Part shown: piece after piece, positions 35,812 to 47,976 of the stretch
Layout of the letters: each line of letters opens with the position of its first letter
Position numbering within the stretch: the first letter of the stretch is position 1
DNA from: Fonticula alba ATCC 38817
Lineage: Eukaryota > Protista > Nucleariida
Length of the DNA stretch: 60,453 bases
Assembly: GCA_000388065.2 (NCBI GenBank)
Contig: KB932201.1
Direction: 5' to 3' (one strand)
Notes under the pieces: generated by a model
Database searches by the model: none
Told to the model about the DNA's origin: nothing
The model's input: only the letters and a program-made list of their open reading frames with translations
Program-made: the position numbers and the translations under genes

Positions 35812-37587
35812 GGTTCCGGGGGCCCTGGAGCGCGCCACCTCGCCCACGGGCCCCGGCAGGCGCACGCGCGAGCGCCGCATCAACCGCTGTTCCCCGGACC
35901 AGTGGAATGCCCTGGTCCGATGCTACGAAGAGAACCCCTTCCCGGACCGGAAGCGGCGCTTGGAAATCTCCGACGAGTTGGAACTCCCCATCAAGGTGGT
36001 CACATATTGGTTCCAGAACCGCCGGTCCAAGGGGTCCAAGCGGAGCGCCCTCCGGCCCATGGAGGAGGCCAAGCAAACCGCCCGGGCATCAGAGGTCCAA
36101 GAGAGCGACCTGGCTGCCGGTGCGCTGGGCCCCTCGCCCGAAGTCCGGGATGCCTTCTCCTGCCCGCCGGACATCATGACCCCGGTGTCGCTTGTTTCGT
36201 CGGTCGGACCGCCGCCTATGGTATGTGCCGCGCCCGAGTCGCAAAATGTCTTTCTTCCGAGTTGTGCCTGGCCCTGGTGGCTTCTCCTCGAGGCGATCCA
36301 CTAATTCCCTCGTGTCCTGCATATGGGCCCCTCGCCGGCTGTGTGGTTTCCTTGCTTGTGCATCTGTCCCTCCTCGCAGAGCGTTGTCCCCCTTCGCCGG
36401 GCCAGCTTTTCCGGCGGCTACACCTACGAAAGCATGGCCTCCAGCCGACCGAGCACCCTGATCCCGGACCGGCCATCCGCCCTCGCCACCTCGCCGCAGC
36501 TCTTCCATGCCCCGGCCCATTTGGCGCCCTTCCCGGAATATATCCCGGCGGCCGGGCAGTTCAACAGCTACTATGGGCTGACGGGGTCGACACCCCCGGC
36601 CATTTCCACTTCCATGGTCTTGGCACCGGCTCCCCTGCCGGCGCATCTCCGGCCCTTCGGCCAAATCCGCCCCACCTCCCCAGAGGGCCCGTCCTCGTCG
36701 GAGGATGTCTCGGCCTCGGAGCCCGACCTCGCACACCGGCCCTCGAGCGGGAACATCAATCATCTGGATTCCGAGAGCCTCGACCTCCAGGGCATGTCTT
36801 ACCCGGGAGCCACGCGGGCGGCGCCCCGTGCCGAGCATCATGAGCACTATTACCGGCAAATCAGGCCCTCGAGCAGTGGCGCCTACACGCAGTCAACTGC
36901 CGAGCTGGGCGCTCTGCCAGCCGGGGACACGCGTTCGCCCGGTGTTTCTAGCTCCGAGGATGCCCTTTCCTCGCCGGGCGCGCTGTCGCCCGAGTCGCAG
37001 ATGCATGATGGTGAGCACCCCGAGCAGCCGCACTATGGCTGCATCATCACCGAGAGCACCGGGCCTCACATGTCCCACATGATTTCGGGGCAATTTTGCG
37101 GACCGGAAGCTCAGGCCACCACGGCCCACACGACTCCCTCGCCTCCGGCCGAGCCGTTCGACGGCTTCCCCACGCCCTCCTCGACGCCGGTCCGGCGGCT
37201 CGATGGTGTGCCCCACTCCGGGGGCAAGTCATGGGGCGTGCACATGTCGGGAGGCGCGCACGGTCAGCATGGGAGCTCCCTGCCTGGGGGGATCACCATG
37301 TCGCCGGTCAGTATTAGCGAGTCCAGTCCGGACCTGGGGGCGGCGGATGAGGCTGGCGCGATGCGGGTCGTGCGTGCGTCGCACTCCTCCCAGGTGCTGG
37401 CTGGCCGCAGTATCGGGTATTACCCGCATACTGGGGCGAATTTCCTCAGCCGCCGAAGCAACATGGTGCCGATTTCCCCCTCCCGGCCCGGGGTCTGCTC
37501 TTCGCCCCGGCGCTCGGGCGTGCTGTCGGCCCGGGAGCGCCGGTCCTCCACATGCCCGCCCTTGCCACCTATGACGGTGGCTGCTGC

Positions 37588-37625
<38 letters not shown>

Positions 37626-38572
37626 AAGCGGCGGCGACGGCCGCCGGCCGGGCCCCAGAGTCTCCGCCGCCGGCACCCTCGACCACCCCGGAGCCTGTGT
37701 CCCTGTCGGCCGTCAGCGCCGAGGCGCCTGCCTGCCGGTCGATTCTCTTCTCCCCCTCGGGCAAGGATTCCACGCAGACCCCCCACAGGGGGCCGATCTC
37801 CTTCGCTCCTCTGTCTCCCGGGCTCCAGATGGTCGGCTTGCGGCCTCTGGATGCGCCGGCCGGCCGGCCGCCGACCAATGGCTCCTCGTCGTCGGACGAC
37901 GAGGAGGACATGGCCAATCTCCTTCGCCAGCAGAAGGACCAGCGCCCATGGCAATGGTGCCTGGAGCAGCAGCGCTTCGGGCCCCAGGCGCCGGGGGGCG
38001 CGCAGACCACCGGCACCGGGGTGCCAGCTCGACTCATGGACATCGATGCGCTGGAGCCCGGGGCCGAGGCCTCCTGCAGCGACGGCGGCAGCCCCCTCAG
38101 TGGGGGGACCCACGCGTTGCATTGCTCCGAGTCCAGTGGCTCCGAGTCACCTGGCCACCTGTCGGATTATTCGGATCCGGAAAGCGAGGGGTCCTTCCGG
38201 CGCGGCGCTGGCGGCCTGCAGGTGGCCTGCGTGTGCCCCACCGAGCCCGAGCTTCTGGCCATGGTCGGCGCCTGCCTCAGCAAGTGGTGCATTCAGAATG
38301 ACCTCCCCTCGGGCCCGGACACTGCGGCCCCGGTGTTCAAGGACGGGCGCTTGTATGTGTCGGCTGCTCGCACGGATGCCGTGCTGAAGCTGGTCCAAAG
38401 CATGATGGGCGAAGAGGCCGGCATGGCCGAAGTGCCAGCCATGCAGACAAGCATCACTCAGGTGCCCATCATGCGCCCTCTCAGCAGCTGCTCCGGGGAT
38501 GAGGCCCGGTCCGAGGCCGAAGTGGCTCAGTCATCGGGGCACTTTTCCCAGGTCGTCTTCATCGGCCGCTAA
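35447..38572 (+). CDS. Homeodomain transcription factor (non-TALE, Q50), ~988 aa
   Basis: Exons 35447-36220 and 36380-38572 (GTATGT..CAG, phase 0). 60-aa homeodomain at 35867-36046 with ENPFPDRKRRLEISDELELPIKVVTYWFQNRR. Start could be any of the first three ATGs. Confidence 0.9.
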
Positions 38573-41540
38573 AGGGGAGCATCCGGCATATCGGGCCACA
38601 GCCCAGCTCAAGAGGCCCGCACATCCCCCCCCCNNNNNNNNNNCCCCCCCCCGTCCTTCTAATCCTTCACACCCCGGGAGCCTCTCCCTGCTCTGTGGAT
38701 GTGTTGCGGCACAAAGGGAAAAAGTATCCCCCAGCCCAACACCGGTAGAGCCTGTCCTTGCATCAGCACTCCCAAAACGTCAATCCCCCTTCCTGTCCTT
38801 GTTTCCCTTGTCCCCGGTCCTGTGGCCGGGATCATCATGTACCCCTTCCCTTTTTTCCACATTTCGATATACACTGTGATGCTGGCATGCGCGCACACGT
38901 ATGCACGCCTGGCATTGTTGATCCAGCCGCCGTCTCTCGGCGCCCCTTGTTCCCGGTGCTTTTCTCCCCCTCCCCCAGGCAGGGGGGCAGACTGCCAGGT
39001 TTGAATCGGGCGTGATCCACTGATCACCTGTCCGGCCAGGGAAGCCCAAGAACATATGCCAACTCAAGTCACGGGCTCGTCGGGCGCCTCACCGGCGCAC
39101 AGGAGTCGGGCCCGGAGGCAGCCAGGGACAAACAATCCTCCCTCCTGTGTGGGCACTCAGCTGCCGGTTGGGGCGGTTATTTCTCCGAAGATCTGGAGCA
39201 AAGGTCGAGATCGTCTAACACCCCCGCAGCCTTGGGCTTTGCGATTTGGTGGACAAACTGGTCGGCTCGCAGTCACCTGGTCTGGCTGGAGGGACCGGGG
39301 GGAGGGGGGAGGGGAAAGACCGTGTTCCACGCGCGGGCGGAGGAGACGTTGCCCGAAGCCCACGCAGAGGCCATTTCGCCCTCCACGTGTAGGCACTCCT
39401 ATGGTGAGCTGCCGGGCGTGTGTCCTGGCCCGGAAATCGGCGCCCTGGCCTGCCGGGCCCTCTCTTCCCCCGGGCGAAGAGGGCCGGATGTCCTCCTCGT
39501 CCTCCTGCGCGCCGCCCTGTTCCCCTTCGCCAGGGCGCCGTGTTCTTCCAGCCTCAGCCTGGTCGACCTGGATATGGGCAACTTCCCCCCCCCCCCCCCC
39601 CCCCCCCCGGAGAGGCGGGGGATGGCTGGTGGGAGGGAGGAATGACTAAAGTCGGCCTCTTTTTTTCGTGCTCTCCTTGCAAGCCCTCTCGGGCCCATCC
39701 TGGGATCCGGGCGCCGGAAGGAAGACTCGCTCGGATGAGCTCATTAGCCGACGGGGGGGGGGGGGGGCGGGGGTGCCCGCGGGCAACACACGGGCGCCGC
39801 GCGCACGGCCAAGGCTATCCGAGGCCGGGCCCGGTGCTCGGATGTGCCGGGGCGGTCTTTGGAGAGGCACACCCGGGGCCAACATGCTCGCGCTGGGCCT
39901 CTGTGCTGGTGCCTGCATGTGCATCGAAGGAAGGACGTGGGTGTGTTGTGCACGCGCCGCGTCCCCCTGAGCGCGGGGGTGCTCTCTGGAACCGTCCCAC
40001 ACAGGGGGGCTGCTTTGGGAACCAATCCGATGCTCATATGTCGGCGAGGGCCGGACGGGGCAGGGGGGGCACTGCCTGCCCGAGGGGGCATCAGGAGATG
40101 TTTTTGTTTCGGCACCAAGCGCACGAAAGCACCCTCGAGGGAGGGATACACCGGGCCACCGGCGCTGGCTTTGAGGGGGAAACAGCACAGAAGAAATCCT
40201 TTGCGAAGCGTGATCTGCGACGTAAGCCAGACGGGCAGCGAAGTGACGGGGCTCTCAAGCGGGCGGCCCGCCGCAAGGGACATACACAGAAGGCGGCCAT
40301 GATGGTGCCGGTTGTGTTGATGACCTCGGGCTGCGGAGTCTTTGGGCGGGAAATGCTCGTCCTGCGTGCCGCAGCCCCAGGTCCAGAGCCATGATCTGTG
40401 GGGTCTGCAATCTCGGGCCCCCCTCCCGGCCTCTCGCTTTCCCTCCCTCCCTCCCTCTCTCTCTCTCTCTCTCTCTCGCCATCTCACACGGTCAGGAGGC
40501 AGACCAGTGGGGCATTCCCTCCCTCCTCCACTGGTTTGTGCTCTTTGCATTTCCCCCGTGCCCCCTTGCCCCGCGCCCCCCCCCTTGAAGAGCGGGGTCC
40601 GAATGGTTCTGGTGCTCGCATAGGCTTCTCTGTGTATCGCGTCATGCGTGGGCGCCACCTCGCGGAAAGGCAAGGGGGTCATGGGCCAACTCCACGGCCG
40701 GATTCACTCCGCGTTCGACCAGCAGCTGCGGACCAAGGAGACCCCGGTGTGGCCGGGGGTTCACCGGCCCGGGCCGAATCCTTTCCAGGGCTGCAAATGC
40801 AGCCGGGATGGTCTGGGCCGGGGCGATGTCTCTCGAGTATTTTCCCCGCCCTGAAGGGCCGCAGTTCGGCGGGGAGGAGGAAAGGGGAGGGAGGGGACCA
40901 GGGAGTTGGCGCTGGAGCGTGCGTGCGTAGGCGCTCGCGCTCGCGCGCTCCGAAGCACGACACAACCACCGGTGAATAGAGGCACTTCTCCAACGAAGAA
41001 TCGTGTTTGAGGGGACGGCACCACGACGCGATGCATGGAGTTTCGTCTGGGACCGCCCCTCCTGCGCGGGGCCGGGCCGCCATGCGCCGCAAGCCCGTGG
41101 CTGACCACGGAGCAACCAAAGGGGCGCGGATCCGGGCGCACGAGCATCTTCAAGTGCGCAGGCCTCCATATGCGGACTAGCACGCGGGGAGCCAGGCCGA
41201 AGGCGGGAAAGACTAAGCGGCAGGCCGAGTGGGGGGGGGGGGGGGGAGCGGAGGAAGGCAGGAGTGCCCTCGAAAGCCGGCCGTTTGGCCGACCGGGGTT
41301 CCCCTCTCCGGTGGCCGGTCCTCGGGCCTCGTTCGGAGTGAAGCGGTGAGGGGGCCACCAACTCTAGGCACAGGTGGCCATGACGGAGTTCGCTCGAACA
41401 CTCCTCAGGTGGGGGAGAAAGCGTTCGCACGCCAAGTGGACTCCCCCCCCCCCCCCCCCCCCTGCCGCTGGTCGCCCCCTTGAGCCGGGCCCGATGGAAG
41501 CCTCGAGTCTAGATGGCCACTCGTGGTAGCGCTTTCCCTC

Positions 41541-41576
<36 letters not shown>

Positions 41577-44500
41577 ACGAGAGAGGAAGGCCTTGGTACC
41601 TGGCCTCCGGGGACATGGTCCTCCCGAGGGCGATGGCCTTCCACAGCTCTCCCTCCGGAGACCCCAGTGGAGAATATAGGGCTGTTACCTTTTGCCTCCG
41701 TTGGCCTTCAAAAGCCATGTACACAGGGTCCCCCAGCCGGCGAACCCTCCCTCTCGCCCTCGCCACCGCTCGTCCGTGTGAGTGATGAGGGTCTTTGCGT
41801 GTTTGTGTGCATGTGAGTATTTGGCGGATGTCCGCCCGAGAATGGTCTTGCAGCATGGGGGTGTCTATTTGCAGAGCCACCGCGCTTGATGGGCGGCCCC
41901 CTTCCCCTCTCCCCCCCGCCCGCTCGAACGCCGAGTGTGAGGGTGGCGAACGGACGCACAGCCGGGCGAAGACCGCCGAGCCTGGTCGGGTGGACACCGG
42001 CCACTTCTGCAGCGCGAGGCAAAAGACCCGCGCGACTACCCGAGGGCCGGACAGAGGCAGGGAGGGGGGAGGGGCAAGGGGGGGGGGAGGGGGGGGGGGG
42101 GGGGGGGGGGGGGCGGTGCCCCAAGTTCGCGCCAGAGGCGTTGATTTCCTCCCCCTTTTTTCTGGCCCCCCCCCCCCCCCTCCCCCCTCGCCCCCCAGTC
42201 CGACCTGTTTCCGCGTTGCTCCTCGCCCTTTGTGAGACTCGGACCAGGGGTGGTGGCGAGCACCAGCCCCAAGCCTGGGAAAGTGGGCTGAAACACCCGG
42301 TTGTAGACCCAACCCCCGGGTGTCCCCTGCCCGGCGCCGCCCCCTGCGGGGGCATGTTTGTCTAAGCCCGCCCCCCTCCGTGTTGGGCCATGTCGTTGCC
42401 TCGCGACTTTGGCCCCAAAGGCCCCGCAGACGGTTGGCGCCGTTATTTTCCCGCGACCGGGTCGCTCTCCGGCGATGAGTGTGGCGCCCTCTACGCGAGG
42501 CATGGCTTCCTCCAGGCCGATTCTTTGCAGCGGATCTGAAGCGCGGGGCACCAGTTCGGCCCCGACCCCGGCCCCACTGGAGTCCTCACTTCATCGGTCG
42601 GGTCTCCCTCCGCCTTTCCTATTCTTTCGTGCATGTGCATGTGCATGTGCATGCGTGCGTGCGTGCGTGTGTGTGTGTGTGTGCTTGCACTCGCCCCAGG
42701 ATTATCCGGCTCACGCTGCCCTAACATGCTCCTCCTCTCGACCCTTCCTTCTCTTCCCTCTTTCTCTCTCTCTTGCCTTCCCCCTCATCTGTTCTGCTGT
42801 TTCATGGCTGGTGACGAGACATACGCCGAGCTCCTTCCGCCCAAGCTCATCTCTTGTGCCTTCTTCTCCAACGCATTTTTTCTCGCGATGATCCCTGTGC
42901 TTTGTCTCCACCGCGCCTCCGCCACGCATCCATGCCTCGGTCGAGCTTCCGAAGTTACACTCCCAGAAGTGGTACGCGCTTTCGGGCTGAGCATTTGAAG
43001 CAGCATAACGGACAAAAACGGCCCAGTTGCAAAGGAGCCTGGCAGAAGATGAGCCTTATTTTGAATGTAGAACTGGAAGATCGCATTTAAGCCCTCCGAC
43101 TACCCCTCTTGCCCCCCTTCCCGCCCCCCCCGCCCCCCCCCCCTCTCGCCCCCACTTCGGCCCGAGGTCACCCAGATGCTGGGCCGGATTCAAGCGGCCG
43201 GGCAGCAGACCCAAGGGGCTGGCGGCGGAGGAAACCTTGGAGCCCGCTCGACAGGGGGCCCACGTAAATAAGCACCCACAGGTGGGAACCTTCGCGCGTG
43301 CGAACACATGGAAGTTGTTCGACCGTGCCTGCTGCCCGCCCCCCCTCCCCGGTGATTTGGTCAACCCGGATGTTCGCTCACGCGCCGCCCCCCGGCCTCG
43401 GGGGGTGGGCCCAGGAATCCTTGTGCCCTCCTCTCCCCGGCTTGGACATCGCCACGCAGCAGATTGCATTTCGTGTTCCACAAAATACCAGCTGCGTAAG
43501 ATGGGAGCGTGGCCAGGAAATCGCTCGCCCCGGTCATGGCGCGCTCATACGTCGGCTCCCGTTACCGTCCATAGCTGAAAGCCATCTTTCAGTCTTTCCC
43601 CTTGGGCCTGGCCGCCTCCCTTGCCCTTCTGTAGGAATGGAACATGGACGCTGGTGAGGCTCCCCTGATGGGGGACGGGGGGCGCGGGGGCGCGGGGGCG
43701 GGGACCGAGCGGAAGGGGGCGGGAAGCGAGGGGGGCACAGAGGCCGAGGAGCTGGGGGGGGGGGGGGCGGGGGGGCGAGAGCTCAAATGAGCCTTCCTTT
43801 TCGTCCACCGAGCTTCCGTTTGCCTAGACCCGCCGGTGGGCCCCGACCGCCCTATGCCCCCTCATCCTCCTCCTCCTCCTCCGTGAGTCACAGTGGCAGG
43901 AGGAGGGTGGTGGCAGGGGACCGGCCGAAGGGCGGCAGACAGAGGTGAGATGCCTGAGGACCAGGCAGCAGAGAGCAAAGCGTGGCAATAGGCCCCTCTC
44001 GCCCCTTGGCCCGGGCGCGGAGAGCGATCGAGCGCATCTCCACCGCAGGCGGTTCATCCCATTCTTTCGGAGTTCTACCCCTGCCCCGGGGAGATCGACC
44101 GCATGCCTCGCGCCCAAGGAATCGAGCACGCGATGAGGAGTCCCTATCCCACCGGCCTTGGGTGTTCGGTCGGACACTGGCCCTCTCCGGTTTGCTGACC
44201 TCCAAGTCCCCCGAATATTGTGCTGACACGCTTGCAAGGTGAGCCCTGCCTCCAAAGACGTGGCTGCCACCAAGCGAAAAGCCACCACGCCCCTGCCACT
44301 CAACCGGCATCCTCAACACTCACACACCCACCCACCCATCCATCCTCCCTTGCCTCCCTTGCTGCCCTGCCCGCCTCCCTCTCCTCCCCAGGATCTACCC
44401 GTCGACGTCGGTCCACGTGTAGTCTGACTGCGGCCTCTTGCCCGAGCCCTCGATTCTTCTGTACGCTTCCCTCCCTGTCTCTCTCGCCCCTTTTCTCCGG

Positions 44501-46007
44501 AAGACATTGCCCCCTCGCCATCGGGGGTTTGTCCTCCCCCCTATCCCGCCACTCCCCGGCCCCCATGGTAGCTGTATCGCCTAATGAGTACATCCTTCCA
44601 GGCTCGGTATCTTCCGCAGCCCCGCCCCGGCACATCTCCTGTCCTCCTGCTCCTCGAGCTCTCCTCTTCCGCCCTCTCCGCCATCGGTTGTTTGCTGGAC
44701 GCCCCCCCCCCCCTTCGGCACTCGTTCCTCCCACCTCTCCGGCGCCCTGTCCGCCTCTTGTTCTCAAAGCCGCGTGAGCCCCACGGTATTTCGACCCTCA
44801 TTGCCAAGGTACCGCCACACTCATCCACAAGTACGCCCACAGTACGCCCATACACAGACACACACTCTGTCGGGAGGGGATTCCAAAGGCGTCTCCCTCC
44901 GCCCACCGCTCCCTTTCACCCATCAAATGGTCTGACAAGGTTCTTCCAGTCTCACGTCCCAAACTCTGGCTAAAAAAATCCGTTCTTTGGTAGAGACCAC
45001 CCATTCGTCCGCTGCTAGTCCTTCAAAAGAAAGCGAGAAAAAGAGAAAGCCCTCCTAGCAGGTACGCCTCTGGCACATTTGGTCATCGCCTCTTGCTCTG
45101 CCTCAGGAGGGAGGGAGGGAGGGGGGGGGGGGACATCGTACCTAATGGCACGAGGCAGGGCTACATATTTGGATTTAGGGAGAGGGGCAGGCGGCGCGGC
45201 ATGCGGGGGGGGGGGGGGAGGGGGGCCAGGAGAAGATCTATGAGAAAGGTCGGCCCCGGGTCCAGAGCCCCCCCTCCCCCCCAGGAAACACCGTCTCCAT
45301 GGACGGGGGGAGGGGGGGTACACACAGATGAGGACAGATATGTGCTGGTCCCGAGGCCCAGACGCCGGTCCAGGTTCCCCCAGTTTGTCGCGTCAGTGCA
45401 CCCCCTGCGCATTTCTCCCCGCCCAGTGCAGAGACATACGCCCCCCCCCCCCCCCCGGGGGGGGGAGGGGGTCCCAGTAGCAGCAGCAGCGGCAGCTCCC
45501 TCCCAAATAATTGGCCCCGCTTTCGGTAACAGCCGCCCAACTGACAAGATCCTTTCGAACTGCCGGTGCAACCTCCCCTCGGACTCAGCTCATCTTCTCA
45601 TGTACGTTGGCACACGCATAAATGGCCCCGGTCGCCATTCTTTGTCCGCCCTGACCCCTCTCCCCACGCAGAGGGGCTGCCTGAGGCGCCCCGCGGCGAG
45701 CCCGCCCGATGTTTCGCGGGGAGGGGGGGGGGGGGACGTTGTTTCGATCTGCCGCCCTGACTTGAGGGCGCCTTCGCCCCACTGCCCCGTTTCATCTTTC
45801 TCTCTTTGTCAATCCCTCCATCTGGACCTCTTTCGCTTTCCTTGTACGATCTAACTCCCCTTGTCGCCGCCCCCCCCCCCCCGCCCCCTGTGCCCTGGTC
45901 TTGTTCTCCTGGCGGACTTCCCTCTCCTGGTGCAGTCAGGGACTGGTCACTTGGTGATCGGCTTCCCCCGTCCTTGCGATCGGCAGTTTCCCCTTCCACC
46001 TGGGCCA

Positions 46008-47933
46008 ATGTCGTCCTCCATGTCGATGCCCACCGGCGGCACGCCGTACCTCACGATGGAGGATCACCTTCCCATGGCTGGATCGGCCCCCTTTGATAAG
46101 GAGGCCTTGGATTTCACCATGTGCGCCGAGGGCGCCAGCTCATGGACATACAATGTTGCGGGCAAAGGCTTCGGGGACTCCTTCAACGCCAACAACGAGG
46201 CGTCACTCATGATGAACGCCCTCGACACCGAGGCCCAAAGCCTGGCCACAACGACCCCCTCTCGCGGGAGCAGCCTCCACAAGCTGGCCTCGCCTCTTGA
46301 TCCTCTGACCGGCATCCAGTCCTTCGGGATGGATGCCATGCTCAATGGCGGGGCGCCTGGGTCGGATGCTCGTTTGCACGATGGTTCGCTCTTCTTCCTG
46401 ATGGATGGCGGCCAAGCGAGCCGGCCAAGCGAGCTGCCCAAGGGCATGGGGCTGGGCTTGAATTCGCCGAGGATCATGGCCGAGTCGCTCTTTGCCCCGC
46501 TGGATCACGGCCAGTCGGACGAGCTCTTGACCTCCTCGACGGCCCCGCTCGAGCCCATTGGCCAAAGCCTCGAGGGCATGTCTCTGGGCCTTCGGGCGCC
46601 GGCCGAGTCACGTCACTTGGCCCGGCCGGCCACGGCCCCGGAATTGGGGCCCAGCTACACCAGGACCCGCAGCACTGCCACCCCGGCCCCCATCGAGCCC
46701 GGCCCACGGCCAGGCACTTCCAAGTCGTCCCCCAAGGCCACGCTCAAGCCCAAGACCATGGCCAAGGGGCCGGCCCGGAATCCGGGGCCGAAGAGTGGAG
46801 ACCCTCTGAGGGAGGCCCTTCGTCAGCCGGCTTCCTCCACGCCGGCGCCCCTGAACTATCACCCCTACGTAGCGCCGATGCCGTCTCAGCACTACGGGTC
46901 CGACTCGACTGGCTATCTCCTTTACCCGGCTGCAAAGGCGCCACCGGCTCCCGGGCCCTATGACATGGCGCCAGGAGCCCAGCATCTCGACTTCCAGCCA
47001 GCCCCCGGGCCTGGTGAGCAGTATGACGGTCATGACTCGGGAGCTGGGCAATTCATCGCCCACGAGGGTCCCAGCCCGGGCTCGCTGGGCTCGACGAACG
47101 AGGACTTTGACCTCGGGTCGGGGCCCATGCACTCGGAGATGCGCGCCCCGCCCCCACCACCGGAGCCCTATGAGATGCCGCCACCCGCTGGGGCTTATGG
47201 CGGGCCGGCCGAGGCCGGGGGCTTCGATCGCCATGTCGCCTCCTCCGGTGGGACTTTGACCCACGCGCCGCATGGCATGCAGCCCGACCGGGGGTTCATC
47301 TTCGCACCGAAGCCCATCGATGCCACTTCGGCTGCGCGGCTGTCGAGGCCACCCCACAGATCCCAAGAGTCTCTCTGGCATCCGGCTAGCATGGAGCGTG
47401 GCCCGGTGTCGGATGAGGGCAAGGCCCGCTCGAAGGGCGACATGGGGTTCAGCCTCGGCCCCGACACCGATACTGGGCTTTACAGCATGGCGAGCGACCA
47501 GGCGCAACCAGCCGACATGGTCTTCGACATGAGCGACCAACCCTCCAGCATGGGGCGAGGCCCGGCTCGGATGGCCTCGCAGCATGCTCAGCACAGCACC
47601 GTGTTGTCGGAGGCCGGTGCGGTTTCGGCCTCTGGCATGTCGTCGCTGGCTCTGAACCCGCATCAACAGCATCAGCAGCATCATCAGTATCAACAACACC
47701 AGCGGCAACAGCAGCTACAGCAACAGCACCAACAGCAGCACCAACAGGCTCTGCAACAACAGCAGCACCAACAGGCTCTGCAACAACAGCAGCACCAACA
47801 GGCTCTGCAACAACAGCAGCACCAACAGCAGCAGCAACAGCAGCAGCAACAGCAGCAGCAACAGCAGCAGCAACAGCAGCAGCAACAGCAGCAGCACCAC
47901 CAGCAGCAACACCAGCAGCACCAACAGCAGCAC

Positions 47934-47976
<43 letters not shown>

